Positions 26,938 through 36,113 of a stretch of 64,000 nucleotides of DNA are shown here, piece by piece. The position numbers were made by a program, and so were the translations under genes. Each line of letters opens with the position of its first letter. Position 1 is the first letter of the stretch. The notes under the pieces are model-generated. The model ran no database searches. It was not told the DNA's origin and saw only the letters and a program-made list of their open reading frames with translations. Origin of the DNA: Candidatus Omnitrophota bacterium (GTDB taxonomy: Bacteria > Omnitrophota > Gorgyraeia > Zapsychrales > Zapsychraceae); NCBI GenBank assembly GCA_028280285.1, contig JANQMA010000011.1, forward strand, positions 58,520-122,519, in the 5' to 3' direction.

Positions 26938-28374
26938 CTATGAATATTTAAGCGCCTGCAGGGCGCGCACATTACTGAAATGAAGTGAATCCAAGTCCTC
27001 TGTGCTTTTGTTTTCAAATAACTCTTTAAATTCCTGAAGCGCTTCCACAACACTGTGTTTAGCCTTAAACCCAACTACTCTTTCTAACTTTTCGAAACTC
27101 ACCCGGTAATTGCGGGGATCGATCAGGTCACTGTTTCTGATAATTTCCGTTGCGGGAAACACTTGCTTAGTTAGCTCGGCCAGATCATTAATTGTGTGAT
27201 TCTGCGCGTCGCCGCCGACATTAAAAGTTTGCGCGCGCACATCATCGATCGGCGCGTTTAAAACCGCGTTAATCGCCCCGGCAACATCCTTCACATGCAC
27301 ATTGGGTCGCCATTGATTGCCCCCGCCATGCACCTCAATTTTTTTATTTTGATAAGCATTCTTCGCAAAAATATTAACCACTAAATCAAACCGTGGACGA
27401 TAAGACGGCCCGAACACAGTTGCCAAACGTAAAATCGTCGGGGCAAAAAGCGGATTCGGCAGATTACATACCGAAAGGATTGACTCTTCCACAAGCGATT
27501 TAATACGCGCATAAAGAGAAACCGGATTTAAAGCAGACTCTTCGGTTAAAAATTCATCCGGATTTTCGCTCGCGCCATAAACACTGCACGACGACATATA
27601 AACAAACCGGTTAATATTTAAATGTGAGCATAAATGCGCCATGGATGTCACGGCCAGATAGTTGGTCTTAAGCGCTGCCTGCGGGGCCTCCGCACAGGCT
27701 GGATCCCCAACGAGCTCGGCCAAATAAACAACAGCATCGACCCCATCAACCGCGCGGACAATATCATCAATATTAGCCGCGTCACCTTCCATCAGCTCAA
27801 ACCGGTTATTATCAATCCCTTTGAGTGAGTCACCATAATAAATAAATTTATCCAGCACACGCACCGACCAACCGTCATTAAGTAAGACACGCGCCAGCGT
27901 TGAACCAATGTAACCACCTCCACCGACAATCAAGACCGTACGATGATTAGTTGCCATCGGTTCTTGATCTTTAGAAACATAAACAGTCAATGAATCGAGA
28001 TTAATGAGCCCGACAACTTTCTTATCTTTTCTCACAACAGGAGCCATAGCATAACGGAAATAAATATCTCCATAAGCCGCTTTCATGTCCTCCAAGACCT
28101 GATTGACATCTTCTGTTTTTTTCAACTGCTCCTCTTCAATCAAAATCGGTTCATCATTCATAACACGCTTAAGCGTCGTACTTACCGGATGGCCTTGCAA
28201 AATAGCTCTGCGTAAATCCCCTGGAGAGGCCACACCCACCAAACAACCTTGATCATCCACAACGGTGACAATCATCCAATGTTTACCCTCAATATTCTTG
28301 AGCGCATCAAAAATAGTATCCGTTTGACGCAGCTCAATAGGAGGAATTAAGTTTAATTGACCGTTTTTCTTCAT
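26938..28374 (-). CDS. CBS-pair domain fused to NAD-dependent epimerase/dehydratase (SDR)
   Basis: 478 aa. N-terminal tandem CBS-like region, then VLIVGGGGYIGSTLARVL Rossmann motif and an SDR core. Confidence 0.65.
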   Translation of the reverse strand: MKKNGQLNLIPPIELRQTDTIFDALKNIEGKHWMIVTVVDDQGCLVGVASPGDLRRAILQGHPVSTTLKRVMNDEPILIEEEQLKKTEDVNQVLEDMKAAYGDIYFRYAMAPVVRKDKKVVGLINLDSLTVYVSKDQEPMATNHRTVLIVGGGGYIGSTLARVLLNDGWSVRVLDKFIYYGDSLKGIDNNRFELMEGDAANIDDIVRAVDGVDAVVYLAELVGDPACAEAPQAALKTNYLAVTSMAHLCSHLNINRFVYMSSCSVYGASENPDEFLTEESALNPVSLYARIKSLVEESILSVCNLPNPLFAPTILRLATVFGPSYRPRFDLVVNIFAKNAYQNKKIEVHGGGNQWRPNVHVKDVAGAINAVLNAPIDDVRAQTFNVGGDAQNHTINDLAELTKQVFPATEIIRNSDLIDPRNYRVSFEKLERVVGFKAKHSVVEALQEFKELFENKSTEDLDSLHFSNVRALQALKYS

Positions 28375-28385
28375 AAAAAACTCCC

Positions 28386-28829
28386 TTATCTTTCCTCAAC
28401 ACTCCATGGATCCCAGTAATAGGCATCAAAACGGTAGTCATCATCCAGACTTTCCTCGAGTGATGAAGTTGAAAAAAACATGATTTTTGTATCAGATTGT
28501 AATGTCTTAAACCCGTTAGCATACCCTGCCGGTATTTTTAAAACTCCGGGTTTTTTTTCAGTAAGAACAAAACGTGCCACCTCTAAATCTTTCCCCGGAT
28601 TATCCCAATTATCAATTTTGACTGCCGCCACAATCGCTGCACCTGAAACAACATATACATATTTCATTTCATTTTTATGCCCATGCCAGGCACGGATAAA
28701 TTCCGCTCTATGATTGCTGACCGTATAAAACCGGCGGATCGTGCGTAAATCAAAGTCATTGCAAAATTGAATCTGACCGCGGTCATCAACAGCTAATCCT
28801 CCCGCAATTAGTTCTACTTGATCACTCAT
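28386..28829 (-). CDS. Cupin-fold NDP-sugar isomerase/epimerase (FdtA/WxcM C-terminal-like 3,4-ketoisomerase)
   Basis: 147 aa. RAWHGHKNEMKYVYVVSG cupin His motif typical of FdtA/QdtA-like enzymes. Confidence 0.6.
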   Translation of the reverse strand: MSDQVELIAGGLAVDDRGQIQFCNDFDLRTIRRFYTVSNHRAEFIRAWHGHKNEMKYVYVVSGAAIVAAVKIDNWDNPGKDLEVARFVLTEKKPGVLKIPAGYANGFKTLQSDTKIMFFSTSSLEESLDDDYRFDAYYWDPWSVEER

Positions 28830-28853
28830 TAATACATCCTTTCTAAAATTTGC

Positions 28854-29690
28854 TTACGATGCAATATGTGCCCTTAATTTATTGGCAACAGGAACTTCCT
28901 TTTCATGTATCCCTAAAACACCGTCTCCCATCGCGAGCTCAATTTTGCGTACAGCCCCAACCAACCGGCGAAATCCTTCCGGCTCAACCGAAGCAGACTG
29001 ATCAGAGCCATACATCGACCGTGAAAGCGTAATGTGCCGTTCAAGCGAGGTAATCCCCATAGCCGCCGCCGCATAAGATACAGCCAGTCCAACTTCATGC
29101 CCGCTGTAGCCAACAGCGCAGTCATATCTTTGACGCAATGTGTTGATGCAATTTAAATTCGCGTCCGTATCTTCCATCGGATAGGTCGACATGCAGTGCA
29201 TAAGTTCATAAGGACACTTGGCATCCTGGAAAATCTCCACCGCCGCATCGATCATAGCCACATCTGTCATGCCTGTGGAAATAAAGGTATGTCTTCCTTC
29301 GGAGGCCACCTCTTTAAGGAAGTTTTTATCGACAATCATCGCCGAGGCAATCTTGTTATACTTGCAATTATATTGAGCCAAAAACTTTTGGCTTTCTATA
29401 TCCCAGGCGGACGCGAACCAATCAATTCCCTTTTCTTTACAATACCGGTCGACTTCATCATATTCGGCCTTGCCAAACTCGAGCCCTTCTTTTTGTTCGC
29501 GCTGCGTTGTCCCCCAAGGGCTTTCCCGGGGAGAATCAAGCATCTCTTTGGTGTAGACAAGGTCAATGGTCCTTTTTTGAAACTTAACCGCATCAGCTCC
29601 GGCATCTTTGGCCACATCGATCAGCTTCTTTGCGGTTTCAATATCACCATTATGATTAATCCCTATTTCTGCAATGACATAAATGGACAT
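28854..29690 (-). CDS. NeuB-family (ulosonic acid / sugar-phosphate aldolase-type) synthase lacking the SAF domain
   Basis: 278 aa. IAEIGINHNGD and DAVKFQK motifs, no C-terminal SAF extension. Good AGGAG Shine-Dalgarno upstream. Confidence 0.75.
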   Translation of the reverse strand: MSIYVIAEIGINHNGDIETAKKLIDVAKDAGADAVKFQKRTIDLVYTKEMLDSPRESPWGTTQREQKEGLEFGKAEYDEVDRYCKEKGIDWFASAWDIESQKFLAQYNCKYNKIASAMIVDKNFLKEVASEGRHTFISTGMTDVAMIDAAVEIFQDAKCPYELMHCMSTYPMEDTDANLNCINTLRQRYDCAVGYSGHEVGLAVSYAAAAMGITSLERHITLSRSMYGSDQSASVEPEGFRRLVGAVRKIELAMGDGVLGIHEKEVPVANKLRAHIAS

Positions 29691-29698
29691 AACATCTC

Positions 29699-30181
29699 CT
29701 AGTTCTTTTTGATTAATAAATTGTCATATAGTTTACGGATAACCCCATCCCCGCCATTTTGGGGAACAATCACTTGCGCTATATCCAAAATTGTTTGGCT
29801 AGCATCTTGCGGCGCAACAGGATAACCGACAGCTTTCATCACTTCAAGATCATTAATGTCGTTACCGACATACAAAACATCATTAAGATCAACACCGCGT
29901 TCTTGGCAATATTTTGTAAGAACGCTTAATTTGTCTTCAACACCGTGAATCACATCAATGGCCAGCTTATTGGCACGGACCTTTACAACCGCATTGGTTT
30001 CTGTCGAAATGATGACTTGGGGTTTGTCCATCTTCTTAATCAGTGAAATCGCCAGTCCGTCACCACGATGACAAAAAACCGCCTCGGTGCCGTTCTGGTC
30101 AACCAAAACCCGGTTATCCGTTAACACACCGTCAAAATCGTAAACAATCAACTCTATTTTTTCTAAATCTAACTCTTTCAT
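29699..30181 (-). CDS. KdsC-like HAD phosphatase (ulosonic acid-phosphate phosphatase)
   Basis: 160 aa. IVYDFDGVLTDN motif I and overall KdsC/YrbI family pattern. Confidence 0.8.
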   Translation of the reverse strand: MKELDLEKIELIVYDFDGVLTDNRVLVDQNGTEAVFCHRGDGLAISLIKKMDKPQVIISTETNAVVKVRANKLAIDVIHGVEDKLSVLTKYCQERGVDLNDVLYVGNDINDLEVMKAVGYPVAPQDASQTILDIAQVIVPQNGGDGVIRKLYDNLLIKKN

Positions 30182-30186
30182 AACAA

Positions 30187-30909
30187 CTATAGTTTATGCG
30201 CATAAAATGTCATGATATTCCCCGGAAAAGGCGGCGACATTTCTGTATTATCAAACAATCGCATGAGATTTTCTTTTGTAAAATGACGTGTCTCAAAAAA
30301 AGGATAATCGACATGCTCTACTTCAAACCCATGATCACGTAACAAACGGAACACAGACTCATTAGAAAACAGACTGATATGTGTCTGATCGTGCAGCATC
30401 CTGAAATGCTCACCAAAGTGTCTGGCCAAATGGCAATCAAAATCCGGCGTTCCCAACACAATTTTTCCACCTGGCTTCATCACACGATTAATTTCCTTAA
30501 TAATAGATACAGGGTCCTCTAAATGTTCCAAAACGTGCATCAGTACAACGACATCAAAAGAATCACTTTCATATTTGGCATCATGTAATGGCCCTATAAA
30601 TATCTCAGCCCACTTCTTGGCTTGCTCGCCGGCAAATTTTGAAATTTCGACCCCATGTTTTTCCCAGTCATCATTAATCCCGGAAAGAAAAAAGCCAATC
30701 CCACAACCCACATCCAATATCCGCCCTGGGGGTAAGGCATTAATGTAGGCTAAATCATTTTTGACATCTTCCAGAATCCTGTCCCTCTCGTCCGCACGTT
30801 TGCGCTCCATTCCGTCAGGATCAATTGTCACTTTCCAATAATTTTCTTCAAAGACAGACTCTTTGCTTGTTTCTCTTCTAACAAAATATTTATCCGGGCT
30901 TACAAACAT
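30187..30909 (-). CDS. Class I SAM-dependent methyltransferase
   Basis: 240 aa. ILDVGCGIGFF SAM-binding motif. Confidence 0.65.
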   Translation of the reverse strand: MFVSPDKYFVRRETSKESVFEENYWKVTIDPDGMERKRADERDRILEDVKNDLAYINALPPGRILDVGCGIGFFLSGINDDWEKHGVEISKFAGEQAKKWAEIFIGPLHDAKYESDSFDVVVLMHVLEHLEDPVSIIKEINRVMKPGGKIVLGTPDFDCHLARHFGEHFRMLHDQTHISLFSNESVFRLLRDHGFEVEHVDYPFFETRHFTKENLMRLFDNTEMSPPFPGNIMTFYAHKL

Positions 30910-30919
30910 TTATACTCCT

Positions 30920-31609
30920 TTACCTAACATTGTTTTCCATTAATGCTGTTAATTTTTGAAACAGCTCAACATCTTGGGGCTCATCAATTTGAAATGAGTT
31001 TAGTGCCCCCATTTGATAGTGTGTAATCTTACCACCTAAGCGGTTATTTTGCTCCATTAAAATTTCCGGTCTGAAAATATAGATAGAACCATTTTCTATA
31101 AAATCTTCAGGGCAATCTTGCCTGCGCATACGCGCGTTCTTATCATAATTGAGCGGCTCAATGCCTCCGTTATTTTCCCTCCATAAAAATCCATGCACCA
31201 GACATGACGAAAACAGTGAATCGGCATTCTCTTCTATAATATGGTCAATCGCATTGGCTATATCATTTTCTTCTCTCAGCGGAGATGTTGCCTGCAAGAA
31301 AACGACCCAATCGGGGCTGTAATCTTCTTTAGCCCGGTAAACTTCAAGTGTGTGTTTAAGCGCAGATTCCGATGTTGCAAAATCATCACTCAATTCAGCC
31401 GGACGATCAATCACTTCTGCCCCCGCCTTAATAGAAACATTTTTAATATCCTCATTATCCGTTGAAACGACAACGCGATTAATCCTGGCCGTAGTTAGCG
31501 CCTGCTCAATAGAATGCACAATGAGCGGCTTACCGTTAAAAGGAATCAAATTTTTGCGTGGAATCCCTTTTGATCCACCGCGCGCTGGAATAATAGCCAT
31601 TATTTCCAT
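30920..31609 (-). CDS. Acylneuraminate/KDO-type cytidylyltransferase (second CMP-ulosonic acid synthetase)
   Basis: MEIMAIIPARGGSKGIPRKN signature. Start is ambiguous: in-frame ATGs at 31600, 31609 and 31618, and the ORF-track GTG at 31639 would overlap the upstream gene. Confidence 0.8.
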   Translation of the reverse strand: MEIMAIIPARGGSKGIPRKNLIPFNGKPLIVHSIEQALTTARINRVVVSTDNEDIKNVSIKAGAEVIDRPAELSDDFATSESALKHTLEVYRAKEDYSPDWVVFLQATSPLREENDIANAIDHIIEENADSLFSSCLVHGFLWRENNGGIEPLNYDKNARMRRQDCPEDFIENGSIYIFRPEILMEQNNRLGGKITHYQMGALNSFQIDEPQDVELFQKLTALMENNVR

Positions 31610-31619
31610 AGACAGCATC

Positions 31620-33527
31620 CTAAACACATACTTTTTCACTCACAGAGTCACGTGAAGCATCGATTGTCTTTTCATCACTTAAAAAGGAAATAACCCGGTT
31701 AAGCCCACTTTTCTCATCACAAAAAGGGTCGACTATCCTTTTAATATAATTCTCTTTAAATGCAACAAACTCTTCGTCTACTTCTTCTCTTAACCAGAAC
31801 GCAACACAATCAAACAACTCATCGCGACTAAACGCGGATAAATGCGGAATATCCTTAATCCAAATATCTAAAGAGTGATAATACTCTTCCGGAGCATAAT
31901 AAATAGCCTTCACGCCACCCGAAATCGCCTCAAACCCGGCTGATGAGGTAAAAAACGAGATGACCAGGTCGGATACCGCCATAATTTCTTGTGTTGTGTA
32001 AGCAGACGTTTTCTTGTCTATACATATAACCCTTTCCATGTGTTTTAACTTTTTGACAGCTAAACTAATAGGGCTACCCTCGGCATACTTATCAAAAGAA
32101 GACTTCATTTTATAAATCAAAAAATAATCATCATTAGCATCAATGAGTTGAGCAATATCTTCCAACCTCCTTGCCGATTGTGCTTCATCTGTCCAAGAAA
32201 ACCGCCCCATGGGTGCATCACACAAACAAATAATTTTTTTATTTTCCGGAATATTTAACTGCTGCCGCAGTTTATGACGCGCTTCCTTAATAGACGATAA
32301 TTCTTTAACAAAAGAAGATGTTACTGTTCCCACGTCAACCTTTTTCCCAAATGCATCTTGATTGGCTTCGAAAAGCCTTTGCGATAAACGGTTAGATAAC
32401 AGCACATTATGCGGTAAATAGCTATAATAAGTTATGTATAAGTCCGCCAACACCTTATCACTAAAAGGAAAAAACGACGTTGATAAATAAAGGAACGAAT
32501 TATGAGAACCGTTCAACTGCTGTATCATAATACTGTTACTGCTTCCCGGCTCCTGCACGTATAAAAAATGATTTACAGAATACTGTTCAAAAAAAGAAAA
32601 CCAAAGTATCTTTTGCCTCAATGTTTTTATATAAGACAGGAGAAAAATAATATTTTTATTTTTTAGAGATAAAAGCCTCAAATTCAAAGCAAATAACCGA
32701 TGTAACAAGCCGCCCAAATAACGAAACACATTACATTGATTAAGCAGCTCATCTAAGGTATAGCAATTTTTATACTTTACTTTTAACGCATTTAACTGAG
32801 GTTCGTTTATTTTTGTGTTCACAACAAATAAACTCTCCTCATCCTTGATAGTTTCGTCCACCTTTAATTTATCAATGAATCTTTCGCAAACCGATTTGGG
32901 AAAGGTCCCCCATATATTAATGGCGTAATAAAAGTTCTGTTTTCTCGACGCTTTAGCCATAGTCATTTTAAAAATAACATATAGCGGATAAACCAAAGCA
33001 GCAGCCAGATATTTCAATTGATTTCCTCGCGCTTCACGTTTCAAGCGTGAAACACAGCTTGGCGCGATATGAAACCATTTTGGCATGCTTTGCTTCCCGG
33101 CCAACAGAGTATATAATCTATACGGAAAATTTTGCGCAGGCACTAGTTCAACATGATCACATCCGTATTTTTCTCTGAATTTTTTAACAAATATAATCAT
33201 AAGCGTGATTTCTTTAAGATGGAGAATTAAATCTTTTTTCAAGCATAACGCAGAGTTGGAATGCCCCAATAAATCCTTATAGAGGCTTATTTCATCTTCG
33301 GAAAAATAAAAATCAAAAACCTCCTCTATCTTTTTTCCTGCCTCGATATCCGAGGAAAATAAATCAAAGCCGCTTATAAAATCACCGGCAAGCTTGTGTC
33401 CGTTTGTCAAAGAGCCTTCGAAATAAAAAACATCATCATATTGCCTGCACAACCGCTCATGCGTTTGATCAGCATTATAAATTAACAGTGTCTTTGTTTT
33501 TTTGCTGTCCGGCATCCTGCACCTCAT
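31620..33527 (-). CDS. Large TagF-like putative transferase (paralogue of 10119..12038)
   Basis: 635 aa. C-terminal SDLVISFFTSSAGFEAI resembles the TagF D-x-L-I-x-D-Y-S-S motif. Similar length and motif spacing to the ORF at 10119..12038. Confidence 0.4.
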   Translation of the reverse strand: MRCRMPDSKKTKTLLIYNADQTHERLCRQYDDVFYFEGSLTNGHKLAGDFISGFDLFSSDIEAGKKIEEVFDFYFSEDEISLYKDLLGHSNSALCLKKDLILHLKEITLMIIFVKKFREKYGCDHVELVPAQNFPYRLYTLLAGKQSMPKWFHIAPSCVSRLKREARGNQLKYLAAALVYPLYVIFKMTMAKASRKQNFYYAINIWGTFPKSVCERFIDKLKVDETIKDEESLFVVNTKINEPQLNALKVKYKNCYTLDELLNQCNVFRYLGGLLHRLFALNLRLLSLKNKNIIFLLSYIKTLRQKILWFSFFEQYSVNHFLYVQEPGSSNSIMIQQLNGSHNSFLYLSTSFFPFSDKVLADLYITYYSYLPHNVLLSNRLSQRLFEANQDAFGKKVDVGTVTSSFVKELSSIKEARHKLRQQLNIPENKKIICLCDAPMGRFSWTDEAQSARRLEDIAQLIDANDDYFLIYKMKSSFDKYAEGSPISLAVKKLKHMERVICIDKKTSAYTTQEIMAVSDLVISFFTSSAGFEAISGGVKAIYYAPEEYYHSLDIWIKDIPHLSAFSRDELFDCVAFWLREEVDEEFVAFKENYIKRIVDPFCDEKSGLNRVISFLSDEKTIDASRDSVSEKVCV

Positions 33528-35301
33528 TAAGATACGTATATAATCCCCTGTTTTTCATGAGAGCATCGTGCGTACCCTGATCTTTAACCACGCCATCATC
33601 CAGAATAACGATTTTATCCGCTCTTTTGATCGTCGATAAACGATGCGCAATAACAATAACTGTTGTAAATTTAGCAATATCCTCAATAGCATCTTGAATC
33701 TTTTTTTCGGAAATATTGTCCAAAGAGCTTGTTGCTTCATCCATAATAAGAATGGTCGGCTTTCTTAACATAGCCCGCGCGATGGCAATCCTCTGCTTTT
33801 GCCCTCCGGATAGTTTTATACCCGAATCGCCGACTAGCGTGTCATACCCATTTGGCGTTTCGTTAATAAAATCATGCGCATTGGCCAATTTAGCCGCCGC
33901 GACAATCTCTTGCTCAGAGTAATCCTCACGGCCAAAACATATGTTTTCTCGAATCGTACTGTTATAAATAAAAGAGGTCTGGCTCACATAAGCAATGTGG
34001 TCCAGGTAAGATCTATTTGTAAAAGAAAAAATATCCTCACCATCTATGAATATCGTTCCGCGATTGGGTTTATATAATCTGAGCAACAAATTAATAATCG
34101 TTGTTTTTCCCGCCCCTGAAACACCGACAAGAGCCGTAAAATCCCCCATATGAATATCAAAGGAAATACCTTTCACAACATCTTTCGTGTCATCGGTATA
34201 ACGGAACCAGACGTCCTTAAACGTGATTTTATCTTTTGGATTTTCTAACGCGATATCCCCGTAGGTTAAAGTAGAAACCTCCTGCAAAGACAATTCACGC
34301 ACCACCTGCGCATGAGGCAGACATTCACAAATCGACAAAAAAGAAGTCCCTATAATCTGCACTGATGGGAGCAGACGGTTGGTGACGACAACAAATGTTC
34401 CAAAAACAGGCAAAAGCTCTTTCATCATAACTTCCGGCTGATAACTAAGATAAATCCCAACACCGCCTAAGAGCCCAAAAAAGGCTAATTTAATAAACGA
34501 TTCGGGTAGTGCACGCCCCATCAACATTTTTAATTGATTATTCAAATGCTGGTCCATCGCCTTATAAAATTTATCCCTCCAGGTTTGAATTGATTGATAA
34601 ACCTTGATGGATTTGATGCCCGTAATGAGCTCATTTAAGACGACATTTTTCTCCTTTTCCCCCTCCATAGACAAAATGGAGCAACGCAGGGTGATCTTTT
34701 GAATAATCTTTTTAGTAAAAAATGCATAACAAAACCCTACAACAAATAAAACCAATGCGGCCTCAAGGCTTAACAACAAAAGAAGACTCAACAAAAACAA
34801 GGCGTTAACAGCATCGTAAAACAAACGGATAGTCGCCAAAACAAGCCCTGATGCATACCTTGGGGCGGTAGCTCCATTATAAATTAACTTACCTTGCTGA
34901 TGAGTATGGTAGAAATCAATGTCAGCTTGAACAAACTGCTGAAAAGCCTTTTTCTGCGCTTCACGGGAAATCTGCATCATAAAGGAGTATCCAAAATAGT
35001 GATACATAAATCTTGCCGTTACAGCAAAAAACGCCACTACCAATAAAAGAATGCACGCGCTACGCAACGAACCCTCAACTGAAAACGATGCCAGCAGGCC
35101 TTCGAAAAACCCGACCATAGTGCCCTGCGCCTGCACATCTAATCCATAGTTGATAACCGGATACAATGCCGCCAAACTCATAGTTTCCAGCCCGCCAGCA
35201 AGAAATGCCAGCATAATTAACAGACAGGATTTAATCTTATGCGGCTTAAAAAAATACCAAACAGTTTTGGGATATAATAAAATGTTATCTAATTTACTCA
35301 T
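33475..35301 (-). CDS. ABC exporter, fused transmembrane + ATPase (MsbA/type I exporter-like)
   Basis: Six predicted TM helices, then Walker A GVSGAGKTT, ABC signature LSGGQKQRIAIARA and Walker B ILIMDEAT. The ATG at 35301 avoids overlap with the regulator gene; the ORF-track TTG start is at 35343. Confidence 0.8.
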   Translation of the reverse strand: MSKLDNILLYPKTVWYFFKPHKIKSCLLIMLAFLAGGLETMSLAALYPVINYGLDVQAQGTMVGFFEGLLASFSVEGSLRSACILLLVVAFFAVTARFMYHYFGYSFMMQISREAQKKAFQQFVQADIDFYHTHQQGKLIYNGATAPRYASGLVLATIRLFYDAVNALFLLSLLLLLSLEAALVLFVVGFCYAFFTKKIIQKITLRCSILSMEGEKEKNVVLNELITGIKSIKVYQSIQTWRDKFYKAMDQHLNNQLKMLMGRALPESFIKLAFFGLLGGVGIYLSYQPEVMMKELLPVFGTFVVVTNRLLPSVQIIGTSFLSICECLPHAQVVRELSLQEVSTLTYGDIALENPKDKITFKDVWFRYTDDTKDVVKGISFDIHMGDFTALVGVSGAGKTTIINLLLRLYKPNRGTIFIDGEDIFSFTNRSYLDHIAYVSQTSFIYNSTIRENICFGREDYSEQEIVAAAKLANAHDFINETPNGYDTLVGDSGIKLSGGQKQRIAIARAMLRKPTILIMDEATSSLDNISEKKIQDAIEDIAKFTTVIVIAHRLSTIKRADKIVILDDGVVKDQGTHDALMKNRGLYTYLNEVQDAGQQKNKDTVNL

Positions 35302-35854
35302 TTTTAAGATTACTGCCGATAACCAGATTTGAGTCTTGGACAAGTTCTGAGACTAAGTCGATACTACGCTCTTTGTTAATTTCATTAACTTCCACATTCT
35401 CTTTACACAACAATAAAACACCATCAATAGTTTGATCAGGAATCTCATTAATCAATGTATATGATAAATCATCCAAATCTAATTCTTGCAGCACAACCTC
35501 GACCAATTTGCCAAAATCAGATGAACCGTAAATATAAAACTTACGATTACCCTGGGCGTATAAATCGGAAAGGTATTTATACATCGCGTCTTTAATCGAT
35601 CCAATCGAATGAATAGTCTTCCAGGCATATTTAACGGACTTGCGCAGCTTCTCAGAAATACCCTTTGGTGTCAGGAGGTACTGCACCTTACGCTTATCCA
35701 ATTGGACAATACGGATATACCCCTTAGAAATAAGACGGCGCAGAACCATATTAACCATTCCGAGGGACATACCTGTTTGTTTGGAAAGATACCGCTGGTT
35801 GGCATTCAGCTCAGGGCCGATAATATTAACAAGCTCAAATTCTCTTTCGTCCAA
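35294..35854 (-). CDS. Winged-helix (MarR/GntR-like HTH) transcriptional regulator
   Basis: 186 aa. N-terminal HTH LVNIIGPELNANQRYLSKQTGMSLGMVNMVLRRLISKGYI; the C-terminal domain has no recognised family. TTG start. Head of the island, divergent from 36114. Confidence 0.5.
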   Translation of the reverse strand: MDEREFELVNIIGPELNANQRYLSKQTGMSLGMVNMVLRRLISKGYIRIVQLDKRKVQYLLTPKGISEKLRKSVKYAWKTIHSIGSIKDAMYKYLSDLYAQGNRKFYIYGSSDFGKLVEVVLQELDLDDLSYTLINEIPDQTIDGVLLLCKENVEVNEINKERSIDLVSELVQDSNLVIGSNLKNE

Positions 35855-36019
35855 ATCCTGTTATCTCCGTTGAACTTAAAACGTGGGGGAATTAATATGT
35901 TCAATAATTGAACGATTGTATAATATAGAATAATACCGACAGTGTCAAGATAAATATGGTTCTTAGTCGTTGGTCGTTAGTATTTAGTCATTGGTTTGAC
36001 AACTAAAAGGTAGATTCAT

Positions 36020-36047
36020 TTGCTTTTTTCAGCATGCTTTGTATAAT
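36020..36047 (+). promoter_or_regulatory. Candidate sigma70-type promoter (TTGCTT -35, 16-bp spacer, TGTATAAT extended -10-like) for the GT-C gene
   Basis: TTGCTT near 36020-36025 and TATAAT at ~36042-36047, ~67 nt upstream of the ATG at 36114. A similar TTGTATAAT is at ~35916-35924. Confidence 0.3.
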
Positions 36048-36113
36048 ACCCTCAAAAAGGTTAAATGCTTTCATCCTTAGCCTTTGACCTTACACCAATA
36101 AAACTAACAGGTT

